DNA of 60,443 nt from Bryobacteraceae bacterium (GTDB lineage Bacteria > Acidobacteriota > Terriglobia > Bryobacterales > Bryobacteraceae), in NCBI GenBank assembly GCA_049686695.1, contig JBAVIH010000097.1:1-60443 (forward strand). Reading direction: 5' to 3'. This document shows, piece after piece, positions 25,440 to 33,244 of this stretch (position 1 is the first letter of the stretch; every line of letters starts with the position of its first letter). Below the pieces are notes generated by a model that ran no database searches, was not told where the DNA came from, and was given only the letters and a program-made list of their open reading frames with translations. Position numbers and translations under genes: made by a program.

Positions 25440-26171
25440 CTATTCGGCTTCGGATAGGGGCGAGTCCGGGTCGGCGGGGTTGCGAAAGCGATAGCCTACC
25501 CAGGGTTCGGTGACGATGTATTCCGGTTGCGACGGATCGTCTTCGATCTTCTTGCGGAGCATTCTCACATACGACCTGAGATACTCCAGCTCGCCGCCGT
25601 ACTCGGCGCCCCAAACGTTCTGTAACAGCTTGGAGTGAGTGATCAGCGCCCCCTGATGTCGGAACAAATATGACAGCAGGTCGTACTCTTTAGGCGAGAG
25701 ATGAATTTCGGCGCCGGCCTTGGTCAATACCCGCCGCTCCGAATCCAGTTCCAAAGTCCCAACCCGGAACACGGTCGCGGGAGAGTTTTCAGACGCGTGC
25801 AGCCTGCGTCTCACCGCGTGCATGCGCGCGGTCATTTCCCGCAAACGGTACGGCTTGGTCACAAAGTCATCGGCTCCCGCTTCGAGGGCCTGGACTTTGT
25901 CTTCTTCGGCATCCCGCACGGTCACCATCAGGATGCCGATGTTCGGGGAAAGGCACCTGATCTTGCGGCATGTCTCGATACCGCTCATGCCTGGCATGTT
26001 GATATCCAACAACACGATGTCGCCGGGCTTCTCGCGCAGAACGAGGAGCGCTTCCTCCCCGTTGCGCGCATCCGAGACATCGAATCCGCTGGCGGCAAGC
26101 GCCGTCCGGAGTGCCCGGCGGAACACGGGATCGTCGTCGACAATCAGGACTCTGCACTGATCACTCGGCAA
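25440..26171 (-). CDS. OmpR/KdpE-family response regulator
   Basis: 243 aa from TTG 26171, with GAGG 8 nt upstream. Receiver domain 'RVLIVDDDPVFRR...DIVLLDINMPGMSG...ADDFVTKP'. Winged-helix 'LSPKEYDLLSYL...EYLRSYVRMLRKKIE...I.TEPWVGYRF'. Confidence 0.85.
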   Translation of the reverse strand: MPSDQCRVLIVDDDPVFRRALRTALAASGFDVSDARNGEEALLVLREKPGDIVLLDINMPGMSGIETCRKIRCLSPNIGILMVTVRDAEEDKVQALEAGADDFVTKPYRLREMTARMHAVRRRLHASENSPATVFRVGTLELDSERRVLTKAGAEIHLSPKEYDLLSYLFRHQGALITHSKLLQNVWGAEYGGELEYLRSYVRMLRKKIEDDPSQPEYIVTEPWVGYRFRNPADPDSPLSEAE

Positions 26172-27618
26172 TAGACGCCTCACTATTCGAAAGCGGCAGA
26201 GTAAGACGGAAGGCCACGCCGTCCCCTTCGGTGTCCACCAGGGCCAGGTCGCCTCCATGGGCCAACGCGATCTTGCGCGCGACGTATAGCCCGAGCCCCG
26301 ATCCCGCAGTGGTTCGCTGCGCAGCCGTCCCCCGGTAAAACCGGTCGAAGATGCGGTTCCGCTCGTTCGGCGGGATGGGGTCGCCGTCGTTCCAGACGTC
26401 GAGCGCGGCGCCGTTTTCGCCGGTCGATGACTCGACGAGGATTCGCGCATCCAGCCGCGAGTATTTGCAGGCGTTTTCCAGGAGCTGGCTGATCGCCAGG
26501 CTCATCAGTTCGGGATCCACCCGCACTTCGCGCGCCTCGCCGAGCCTCCGGAACGAGATTTGGCGGTCGGGCCAAAGCTTTTCGAACCGGCGGGCCGATC
26601 CCTGGGCGATCTCGGCCGCATCGGCCGGCTCCAGGCGGGGCTTGACTTCTTCCTTGTCCAGCCGCGCCAGCCGAAGCAGCCGCGAGGTCAGGTCACCCAA
26701 GCGCGAGGCTTCGCTCTCTATCATCCCAGCCAATTCCTCCTGGTCGGGCGGCATAGGTCCGGTGGCGCGCAGGCCGCCCGCCGCAGTCACAATGGTGGCC
26801 AGTGGAGTCTTGATTTCGTGAGCCAGGGCATCCAGGATTGCGGAGCGCAGTGTCTCGGCTTGGGCATTGGCGGCTGCTATCGCAGCCGAGCGAAACATCC
26901 GCGACCTCTCGAGGGCGGACGCCGCGAAACCGGCCAGCGCCGGCGCCATCAGGTCCGGGTTGCGCAATCCCTCGAAGCCGATCGCGCCCAGAATCGCATC
27001 CCGCTCCCGCAGGCAGTGAACCACCACCCCAAGCTCCGGATACGCTCGATTGCGGCCCGAGATGTATCCATCGCGGGTCTTCGAAGCCAAGTCGCGGCGG
27101 GACGTTCCTATCTCGTGCAGTTCCATCGTGGCCTGATCGAACAGGCAAACTGCATCCAGATCGAGGCGCGTCCAGAAGGGCCGCAGCAACGCCGGTCCCG
27201 GTGTGGCGGACGGCGCTTGGGCGAACAACTCCATGCCGACCTGGTAGAGCCTTTCCATATTCTCCCGCTGGACCCTCGACTCGCGCGCCTCCGACCGGCT
27301 TCGGGACTGAATTCTGGTCACCACCAGCGAGACGATCATCAGGCAAAACAAAGTGACCACATCCAGGCCGTGGGCCACCCTGAAGGTGAAAAGCGGGTCG
27401 ATGAAGAACCAGTCCAGGCTCGCGGTGGCCAGCACACAGACGATGGCTGCCTCCCAAAAGCCGCAATCCAGAGATTGCAGAACTATCGCTATCAGGAAGA
27501 GTAACGCCGTGGACGCCGAATTGAGGTGGATTCGATAACAGACCACCGTGACGGTGGCGATCAATGCAGCGCCGCGCACCAGGACCAGGATGCGGCGCAA
27601 TGCATAGCTGAGCGACAT
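26161..27618 (-). CDS. Sensor histidine kinase, KdpD C-terminal type (DUF4118 membrane domain + HisKA + HATPase_c)
   Basis: 485 aa. N-terminal 4-TM block, H-box 'HEIKTPLATI', and G-boxes 'DRFYRG...GSGLGLYVARKIALAHGG'. Lacks the N-terminal KdpD sensor/Usp domains. No kdpFABC genes in the window. Confidence 0.85.
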   Translation of the reverse strand: MSLSYALRRILVLVRGAALIATVTVVCYRIHLNSASTALLFLIAIVLQSLDCGFWEAAIVCVLATASLDWFFIDPLFTFRVAHGLDVVTLFCLMIVSLVVTRIQSRSRSEARESRVQRENMERLYQVGMELFAQAPSATPGPALLRPFWTRLDLDAVCLFDQATMELHEIGTSRRDLASKTRDGYISGRNRAYPELGVVVHCLRERDAILGAIGFEGLRNPDLMAPALAGFAASALERSRMFRSAAIAAANAQAETLRSAILDALAHEIKTPLATIVTAAGGLRATGPMPPDQEELAGMIESEASRLGDLTSRLLRLARLDKEEVKPRLEPADAAEIAQGSARRFEKLWPDRQISFRRLGEAREVRVDPELMSLAISQLLENACKYSRLDARILVESSTGENGAALDVWNDGDPIPPNERNRIFDRFYRGTAAQRTTAGSGLGLYVARKIALAHGGDLALVDTEGDGVAFRLTLPLSNSEASIAE

Positions 27619-27674
27619 TCGATATCGGGTCGGCTTCAGCCCTATTATACTGCCGCGGCGAAAAGCCGCCGCTG

Positions 27675-28595
27675 TCAGCGGGCGGCTGCCTGGGCAATCA
27701 CCGGACGTTCCGCGGCGGCTTCCTGCCGTAACAGTTCCAGGAAGACTCGAGTGGCCAGGTTGAACGTCTTGCGGCGGCGGTGGATGATGCCCAGCGGCCG
27801 GGCGAGCGCGCAGCCCTCGATGGGGATCGCGATCAGGCGGCCTTCTTCGATGTCGTTGCGCAACACCCGCACCGGCACGATGCTGATGCCGGCGCCCAAA
27901 ATGACGGCCTCTTTCAGCGTCTGGGTGTTGTCGAAGTGCATCACGCCGTTTACCTGAATTCCGGTCTCGCGCAAATAGCGTTTCACTTCGCGGCCCACCC
28001 GAAGATCGTCGTCGAAAGCCACGAAGTCCCGCTGCGCCAGGTCGGACGGGAGCAGCTTTTCCTTGGCCGCCAAAGCATGAGACGGAGCGGCCACAACCAT
28101 CATCTTGTCCTCGCGCCAGGGGATCACGGTAATCTCCCGGTTGGATTCGGGGTAGCTCACCAAGCCCAGGTCGGCCTGGTCCGTGATCACCGCGTCGTAG
28201 ACTTTCTCCGGCCGCAGATACTCCACCAGCAGTTGCGCTTCCGGCATTCGCACGCTCACCTCCAGCTCGAGGCGCGCCATATCGGAAATTCCGACCGAGT
28301 AGATCGCCGCAACCCTGACCGCGCCTTGGACCCGGCCTTTGAGTTTGTCCAGTTGCCGGTCGAATTCCTCCTTGCGGCGCAGCACGTCGCGACAGAACTC
28401 GTAGTAGAGACGCCCGGCTTCGGTCAGCTCGAAAGGCCGCGTGCGGCGGTCCAGGAGATCGACTCCCAACAGGCGTTCCGCTTCCTGCAACTGCTGGCTG
28501 GCCGCGGACTGGCTTACGCCGCAGATCTCAGCCCCACGGGTCATATTCCGGGCCAGGGCGACGTCCCGGAAAAGCTTGAGGTGGTCGAGGGTCAT
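27675..28595 (-). CDS. LysR-family transcriptional regulator
   Basis: 306 aa. 'LDHLKLFRDVALARNMTRGAEICGVSQSAASQQLQEAERLLGVDLLDRRTRPFELTEAGR' is the canonical LTTR HTH. Divergent from the hdr/glt/metF operon. Confidence 0.9.
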   Translation of the reverse strand: MTLDHLKLFRDVALARNMTRGAEICGVSQSAASQQLQEAERLLGVDLLDRRTRPFELTEAGRLYYEFCRDVLRRKEEFDRQLDKLKGRVQGAVRVAAIYSVGISDMARLELEVSVRMPEAQLLVEYLRPEKVYDAVITDQADLGLVSYPESNREITVIPWREDKMMVVAAPSHALAAKEKLLPSDLAQRDFVAFDDDLRVGREVKRYLRETGIQVNGVMHFDNTQTLKEAVILGAGISIVPVRVLRNDIEEGRLIAIPIEGCALARPLGIIHRRRKTFNLATRVFLELLRQEAAAERPVIAQAAAR

Positions 28596-28603
28596 CGGAT
28601 CAC

Positions 28604-28618
28604 ATTATAAGCCATAAT
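28604..28618. promoter_or_regulatory. Candidate LysR box (T-N11-A dyad ATTAT-N5-ATAAT) in an AT-rich divergent promoter region
   Basis: 'attataagccataat' lies 9 nt upstream of the lysR start. An extended -10-like 'tggtatact' (28657-28665) faces the operon, with a weak -35. Confidence 0.3.
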
Positions 28619-28700
28619 GATAGTTTCAAATATCAATACCATTTTATCTGAAAGTCTGGTATACTCCTGCCTTCCCTCTCTGAAGCGGGATTTTTCCCTT

Positions 28701-29312
28701 ATGAAACCGGACGCCGGAGCCTTAGGTATACAGCCGCAGGGCGCTTACGAGCAGGCGCCGCCCCAGCCGGCAATCACGGTTTTTCTGTGCGCCAACTGCG
28801 CCCGCCCAGCGCGGGCGGCCACCTCGGCTGGCCACCAGCGGCCGGTGGTGCCGGATTTTGCCTGGCCCTGGCCGGTGCGGCAAGCCCTGGTTTCCTGCAC
28901 CGGGCGGCTACAGCCGGAGCACGTTCTGAAAGCGTTCGAATCGGGCTCCGAGGCCGTCTGCATGGTTGCCTGTCAGGACGATAACTGCCATCATCTCGAA
29001 GGCAGCAAGCGGTGCGCGCGCCGTGCGGCCTTCCTCCGCTCCCTCCTGGAGGAGATCGGCTTGGGCGGCGAGCGTTTGATGCTCTTCCACCTGCCCGGCA
29101 CGGCGGCGGAAGACATGGCGCTGGCGTCCGGAAGAACCGTGGAAGCGCTTGCCGCCGCGGCTTCCGACGCCCAGGCGGTTGCCATCCGCGATCGGGTAAT
29201 CGGGGCCTTGCGACACCTGCCCCCCAGCCCTCTGAACAAAGCTCCCGTGGCCGGAGCGGACGACAATTCCCACCAGGAAGTGGAGTTGGGCAATGACGAC
29301 AACGAACAGTAG
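28701..29312 (+). CDS. MvhD/FlpD-like iron-sulfur protein (first copy)
   Basis: 203 aa from ATG 28701. 'ITVFLCANCA...VSCTGRLQPEHVLKAFESGSEAVCMVACQDDNCHHLEGSKRCARR...EIGLGGERLMLFHL' matches the methyl-viologen-reducing hydrogenase delta-subunit family. Confidence 0.75.
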   Translation: MKPDAGALGIQPQGAYEQAPPQPAITVFLCANCARPARAATSAGHQRPVVPDFAWPWPVRQALVSCTGRLQPEHVLKAFESGSEAVCMVACQDDNCHHLEGSKRCARRAAFLRSLLEEIGLGGERLMLFHLPGTAAEDMALASGRTVEALAAAASDAQAVAIRDRVIGALRHLPPSPLNKAPVAGADDNSHQEVELGNDDNEQ

Positions 29313-30168
29313 ACTTGGTCAGGCGCTTGGTTCCGGCCGGCTGGCTCTCACGGCTGAGTGCCTGCCGCCACGCGGCGGCGACCGTGGCGCGGTGAAGAAG
29401 CTCTCCTCCATCCTTCCAGCCCACCTCGATGCGGTGGTGGTGGCGGATAACGCTGGTGGGATTCACGGCTCGGCCCTGGCGTGCGCTGGGTTGCTGGCGG
29501 GCGAAGGCCGCCCCGCCGTGCTATCCATGGTGACGCGGGACCGCAACCGCATCGCGCTCGAGAGCGACGCTCATGGGGCGGCGGCCCTCGGCGTCGAAGC
29601 CATCTTCTGCTTGAGCGGCGACCACCAGTCTTTGGGCGTCTGTCCGCAGGCGGCCGGCGTCTACGACATCGACTCCATCCAGCTCACCCAGGCTCTTAAG
29701 AAATGGATGAGCGAGGGCCCGCTGCCGGAGTTGCCGATCGGTGCGGCCGCCCAACCCTATCAGCAGCCTCTCGAGTTGAACCTGCTCCGCCTGCGAAAAA
29801 AGATTGCGGCTGGAGCCAGCTTCGTGTTGACGCAGGCGGTATTCGACCTGGCGGGTTTCGCCAAGTGGATGGATGCCGTTCGCGCGGCCGGGCTGGACCG
29901 GCAGGTGGCGATCCTCTCGAGCGTGCTGCCGCTGACCAGTGTCGAGCAGGCCAGGGTTCTCGACGGGCGGCGCACTTACGGACCAGTGCCGGAGAGCGTA
30001 ATTGCCCGGCTGAGCGGCGCAGCGGATCCGGCCAACGAGGGAATCGAAATCGCCGCGGAAATGGCGATTCAACTCAAAGCCATCCCCGGCGTCCGCGGCA
30101 TTCACGTCCTCTGCGGCGGGTGCGAATCGGCAGCCGCCGCCGTGATCCGGAAAGCCGGGTTGGACTAG
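29293..30168 (+). CDS. metF: Methylenetetrahydrofolate reductase (MetF-family TIM barrel)
   Basis: 291 aa. Motifs 'LTAECLPPRG', 'VVVADNAGG', 'AIFCLSGDH' and 'KIAAGASFVLTQAVFD' are typical of the acetogen/anaerobe-type small MetF. Overlaps the upstream gene by 20 nt. Confidence 0.8.
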   Translation: MTTTNSRLGQALGSGRLALTAECLPPRGGDRGAVKKLSSILPAHLDAVVVADNAGGIHGSALACAGLLAGEGRPAVLSMVTRDRNRIALESDAHGAAALGVEAIFCLSGDHQSLGVCPQAAGVYDIDSIQLTQALKKWMSEGPLPELPIGAAAQPYQQPLELNLLRLRKKIAAGASFVLTQAVFDLAGFAKWMDAVRAAGLDRQVAILSSVLPLTSVEQARVLDGRRTYGPVPESVIARLSGAADPANEGIEIAAEMAIQLKAIPGVRGIHVLCGGCESAAAAVIRKAGLD

Positions 30169-30191
30169 GCGAGGCCTGAGCGAGACTCGAT

Positions 30192-31640
30192 ATGCCCGAT
30201 CGGTATCACATTCACACCGCCGCGACGCCCGGATGGTTCCGCCGGATCGGCAAATTCGCCAATGTCGATTGGCGCGAGGACTGCTCCCGCTGCAGCAATT
30301 GCGTCAAGCTTCGCTGTCTCTACGACGTCTACCGGCACGAATCGGCATTCAACCGCGACCCGATGGCGCCGGGCGCGACCCTGGACGAATGCAAAGCCTG
30401 CCTCTCCTGCGTCCAGGGCTGCACCAAGGGGCTGCTGGATGTCTCGGTGAACCCGGAATTCCTGGACATGGGCGACGCATACTGGACGCCCGGCATTATC
30501 CTCACTACCTGGAACCAGGCGGATACCGGCAGGATCCCGGTTTCGGGGGCGGGCTATCGCGGCCGGTTTCACGGTCCCGGTTTCGACTCGATCTGGACGG
30601 ACATGTCGGAAATCGTCCGGCCCACCCGCGACGGCATTCACGGGCGCGAGTACATCTCGACCAGCGTGGATATCGGTCCCAAGCCGCTGCGCCTGGAGTT
30701 CACGCCCGACGGCCGGATGTTGACGCCGCCCTTGCGGCTGCTCGAGATTCAGCTTCCGGTAATTCTCGACGTAGCGGCCTGGCGGGAGCAGGGCGCGCGC
30801 CTGGCCGCCGCACGCATCTCGGCGGCGCAGGAGCTCAAGACGCTGGCCGTGGTCCGCGCCGGCGAGGCCGTCCAGGCGCTGCCCAAGCAATTGCCGTTTG
30901 TGGTGCCCGTGGTGGCCAGGGAAGACATCGGCAATTGCCGGGACATTCTCGAGGGCGTGCGGCTGGCGCAATTGCGGGACGGCCCGGACGTTGCGGTCCT
31001 GGCCGCCGAGTTGCGCTTGATCAACGAGAAGCTGACCGTCGCGGTCCGATTGCCGCTTTCACCCGCCGCGGCCGATCGGATCCTCGAGTTGAACCGCGCC
31101 GGCATCAAGGTGTTCCAACTGTGCGCCGACCAGCACGGCCGCGAAAGGCTGGGCAACGGGCGGCACGGCCGTCATGTTAAGGACGCCCTGCGCGAAGTTC
31201 ACGGGCGGTTGGTCAAGGAAGGACTGCGCGACGAGATCACGTTGATCGTGTCCGGCGGAATTGCATTGGCGGAGCACATGGCCAAGGCGATCATCTGCGG
31301 GGCCGATCTGGTGGCCGTGGACACGGCGCTGCTGGTGGCTCTCGGCTGCCGGGTTTGCCGCGAGGCTCATCCCAGGAACCCGGAGGGCGAGGCCATGTGC
31401 GGCTCGGGCGAGTTGTGCCCCGCCGAAACCGATTCATCCGACCACGCCTACGCCACGCAGCGGATGGTAAACCTGATGGGCGCCTGGCACAGCCAGTTGA
31501 TCGAGGTTCTGGGCGCCATGGGTATCCGCGAGGTTCGCCGTCTGCGCGGCGAGGTGGGGAGGGCCATCTTCATGGAAGACATCGAGAAGGAGGCGTTCGG
31601 CGACCTCTGCCGCGTGCCTCGGTCACAGGTGAGCGCATGA
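30192..31640 (+). CDS. Glutamate-synthase FMN-domain paralog, apparently degenerate (ferredoxin-like N-terminus retained)
   Basis: 482 aa. Its N-terminal third is paralogous to the 31637 gene ('ILTTWNQADTGR' versus 'ILATWHQAATGR'). Cys motifs 'CSRCSNCVKLRC' and 'CKACLSCVQGC'. C-terminal 'IVSGGIALAEHMAKAIICGADLVAVDTALLVALGCRVC'. I cannot find the 'GGMSFG', 'TGEGG' or 'QGAKPG' motifs. Confidence 0.65.
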   Translation: MPDRYHIHTAATPGWFRRIGKFANVDWREDCSRCSNCVKLRCLYDVYRHESAFNRDPMAPGATLDECKACLSCVQGCTKGLLDVSVNPEFLDMGDAYWTPGIILTTWNQADTGRIPVSGAGYRGRFHGPGFDSIWTDMSEIVRPTRDGIHGREYISTSVDIGPKPLRLEFTPDGRMLTPPLRLLEIQLPVILDVAAWREQGARLAAARISAAQELKTLAVVRAGEAVQALPKQLPFVVPVVAREDIGNCRDILEGVRLAQLRDGPDVAVLAAELRLINEKLTVAVRLPLSPAAADRILELNRAGIKVFQLCADQHGRERLGNGRHGRHVKDALREVHGRLVKEGLRDEITLIVSGGIALAEHMAKAIICGADLVAVDTALLVALGCRVCREAHPRNPEGEAMCGSGELCPAETDSSDHAYATQRMVNLMGAWHSQLIEVLGAMGIREVRRLRGEVGRAIFMEDIEKEAFGDLCRVPRSQVSA

Positions 31641-33244
31641 CCGCAACTGATGCCGCCGTCCAAGCGCCGGTTCGGGTCCACCCGCCGGAGCCCCATTCTC
31701 CGCAACCGGTCTTCAGCGACTGGCCGCAGGAAAGCGTGGCCCGCGAAATTCGCCTCGCGCCGGACCGCTATCGCAACGCCCTGGGCAAGTACAAGGTCGA
31801 CCGGAGCGCGGCGTGCGCCTCCTGCGGAAAATGCGTGGAAGCCTGCCCGTACGGAGTGCACAGCAAGCCTGAGGGCTACGCCCTGACCCTGCGGCCGCGC
31901 GACAATTTCTGCATCGGCCCGGCCTGTGCCGAAACCCCCGAGTCCTGCGTTTCCCAGTGCCCGCAGCATGGCATCACCGTGCGGCCCAACCCCAGCGCCG
32001 AGTGCATGGGCGATCCGCGCTGGTCGAGCGATTTGATCCTGGCGACCTGGCATCAGGCCGCCACCGGGCGGCCCGCCCCGCCGCATCTGGAAAGCCGGAC
32101 GGGCGCCGCGGGCGGTGGGTTCGATAGCCTCCGGTTCAAGTTCGAGGTCCCGGGCTTCGAGCCGGGCCCGCGCCTCCCATCGGGCACCGAAATCGACACC
32201 GGCCTCGACCTGAACCATCGCGGCGATGGCCGGCCGCAGATCCACATCGACCTCCCCATCTATGGCGGCGGGATGAGCTTTGGGTCGGTCAGCATCCACA
32301 CGATTCTGGGCAAAGCCCGCGCGGCCGCGGCCTGGAACACGTTCACCTGCACTGGCGAGGGCGGATATCACGACCGTCTGAAACCCTACGACGACCACGT
32401 GATCACGCAGGTGGCCACCGGCCTCTTTGGCGTGCGCGAGGATACCATCCAGCGCGTGCGGATCGTCGAGTTCAAATATGCCCAGGGCGCCAAACCCGGC
32501 CTGGGAGGACACCTGCTGGGCGACAAGAACACCCCCGCCGTCGCGCGCATGCGCGAGGCCGTGGCGGGCAACGCGCTGTTCAGCCCCTTCCCCTTCCACA
32601 GCGTCTACAGCGTGGAAGACCACAAGAAACACGTGGATTGGATCAAGGAAGTGAATCGCCACTGCCTGGTGAGCGTGAAGGTCTCGACGCCCACCGACGT
32701 GGACATGGTGGCGGTGGGCAGCTACTGCGCGGGTGCCCATATCATCCACCTGGACGGCAGCTATGGCGGCACCGGCGCCGCGCCGGACATCGCCAAGAAG
32801 AACATCGCGATGCCCATCGAGTACGCCGTCCCGAAGGTGCACAAGTTTCTCGCTGCCGAAGGCATCCGGGACAAAGTGACGCTGATCGCCTCGGGCGGCA
32901 TCCGCACCGCGTACGACGCGCTGAAGACGATCGCCCTGGGCGCCGACGGCGTGGTGGTCGGCACGGTGGAAATGGTGGCCTTGGGGTGCGTGCGCTGCGC
33001 CTGCTGCGAAAGCGGGCGGGGCTGCCCGCGCGGCATCGCCTCCACCGATCCCGAGCTGATGATGCAGATGAGCCTGGAGTGGGCCTCCCAGCGGCTGATC
33101 AATCTCAATTTTGCCTGGCGCGAGCAGATGGCCGACGCGCTGTCGCGACTCGGAATGACATCCATCCGCGAACTCCGCGGGCGCACCGACGTGCTGTGCT
33201 ACCTCAGCGACGATGCGGTCTCCGCGGCGGAGGTCTCCTCATGA
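31637..33244 (+). CDS. gltB: Archaeal-type glutamate synthase large-subunit domain 2 (FMN/3Fe-4S domain) with N-terminal 2x[4Fe-4S] ferredoxin domain
   Basis: 535 aa, ATGA overlap. Motifs 'CASCGKCVEACPYGV', 'IYGGGMSFGSVS', 'CTGEGGY', 'KYAQGAKPGLGGHLLG', 'IHLDGSYGGTGAAP', 'IASGGIRTAYDALKTIALGADGVVVGT' and 'LGCVRCACCESGRGCPRGIAS'. Confidence 0.85.
   Translation: MTATDAAVQAPVRVHPPEPHSPQPVFSDWPQESVAREIRLAPDRYRNALGKYKVDRSAACASCGKCVEACPYGVHSKPEGYALTLRPRDNFCIGPACAETPESCVSQCPQHGITVRPNPSAECMGDPRWSSDLILATWHQAATGRPAPPHLESRTGAAGGGFDSLRFKFEVPGFEPGPRLPSGTEIDTGLDLNHRGDGRPQIHIDLPIYGGGMSFGSVSIHTILGKARAAAAWNTFTCTGEGGYHDRLKPYDDHVITQVATGLFGVREDTIQRVRIVEFKYAQGAKPGLGGHLLGDKNTPAVARMREAVAGNALFSPFPFHSVYSVEDHKKHVDWIKEVNRHCLVSVKVSTPTDVDMVAVGSYCAGAHIIHLDGSYGGTGAAPDIAKKNIAMPIEYAVPKVHKFLAAEGIRDKVTLIASGGIRTAYDALKTIALGADGVVVGTVEMVALGCVRCACCESGRGCPRGIASTDPELMMQMSLEWASQRLINLNFAWREQMADALSRLGMTSIRELRGRTDVLCYLSDDAVSAAEVSS

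Noticed and set aside
25440-27618. Calling the two-component pair kdpDE
   Set aside because: The kinase has only the C-terminal (DUF4118 + kinase) part of KdpD, and no kdpFABC genes are adjacent. The target regulon cannot be inferred from the sequence.
31448-32842. 464-aa minus-strand ORF
   Set aside because: Antisense to the intact gltB FMN-domain gene, whose catalytic motifs are unambiguous.
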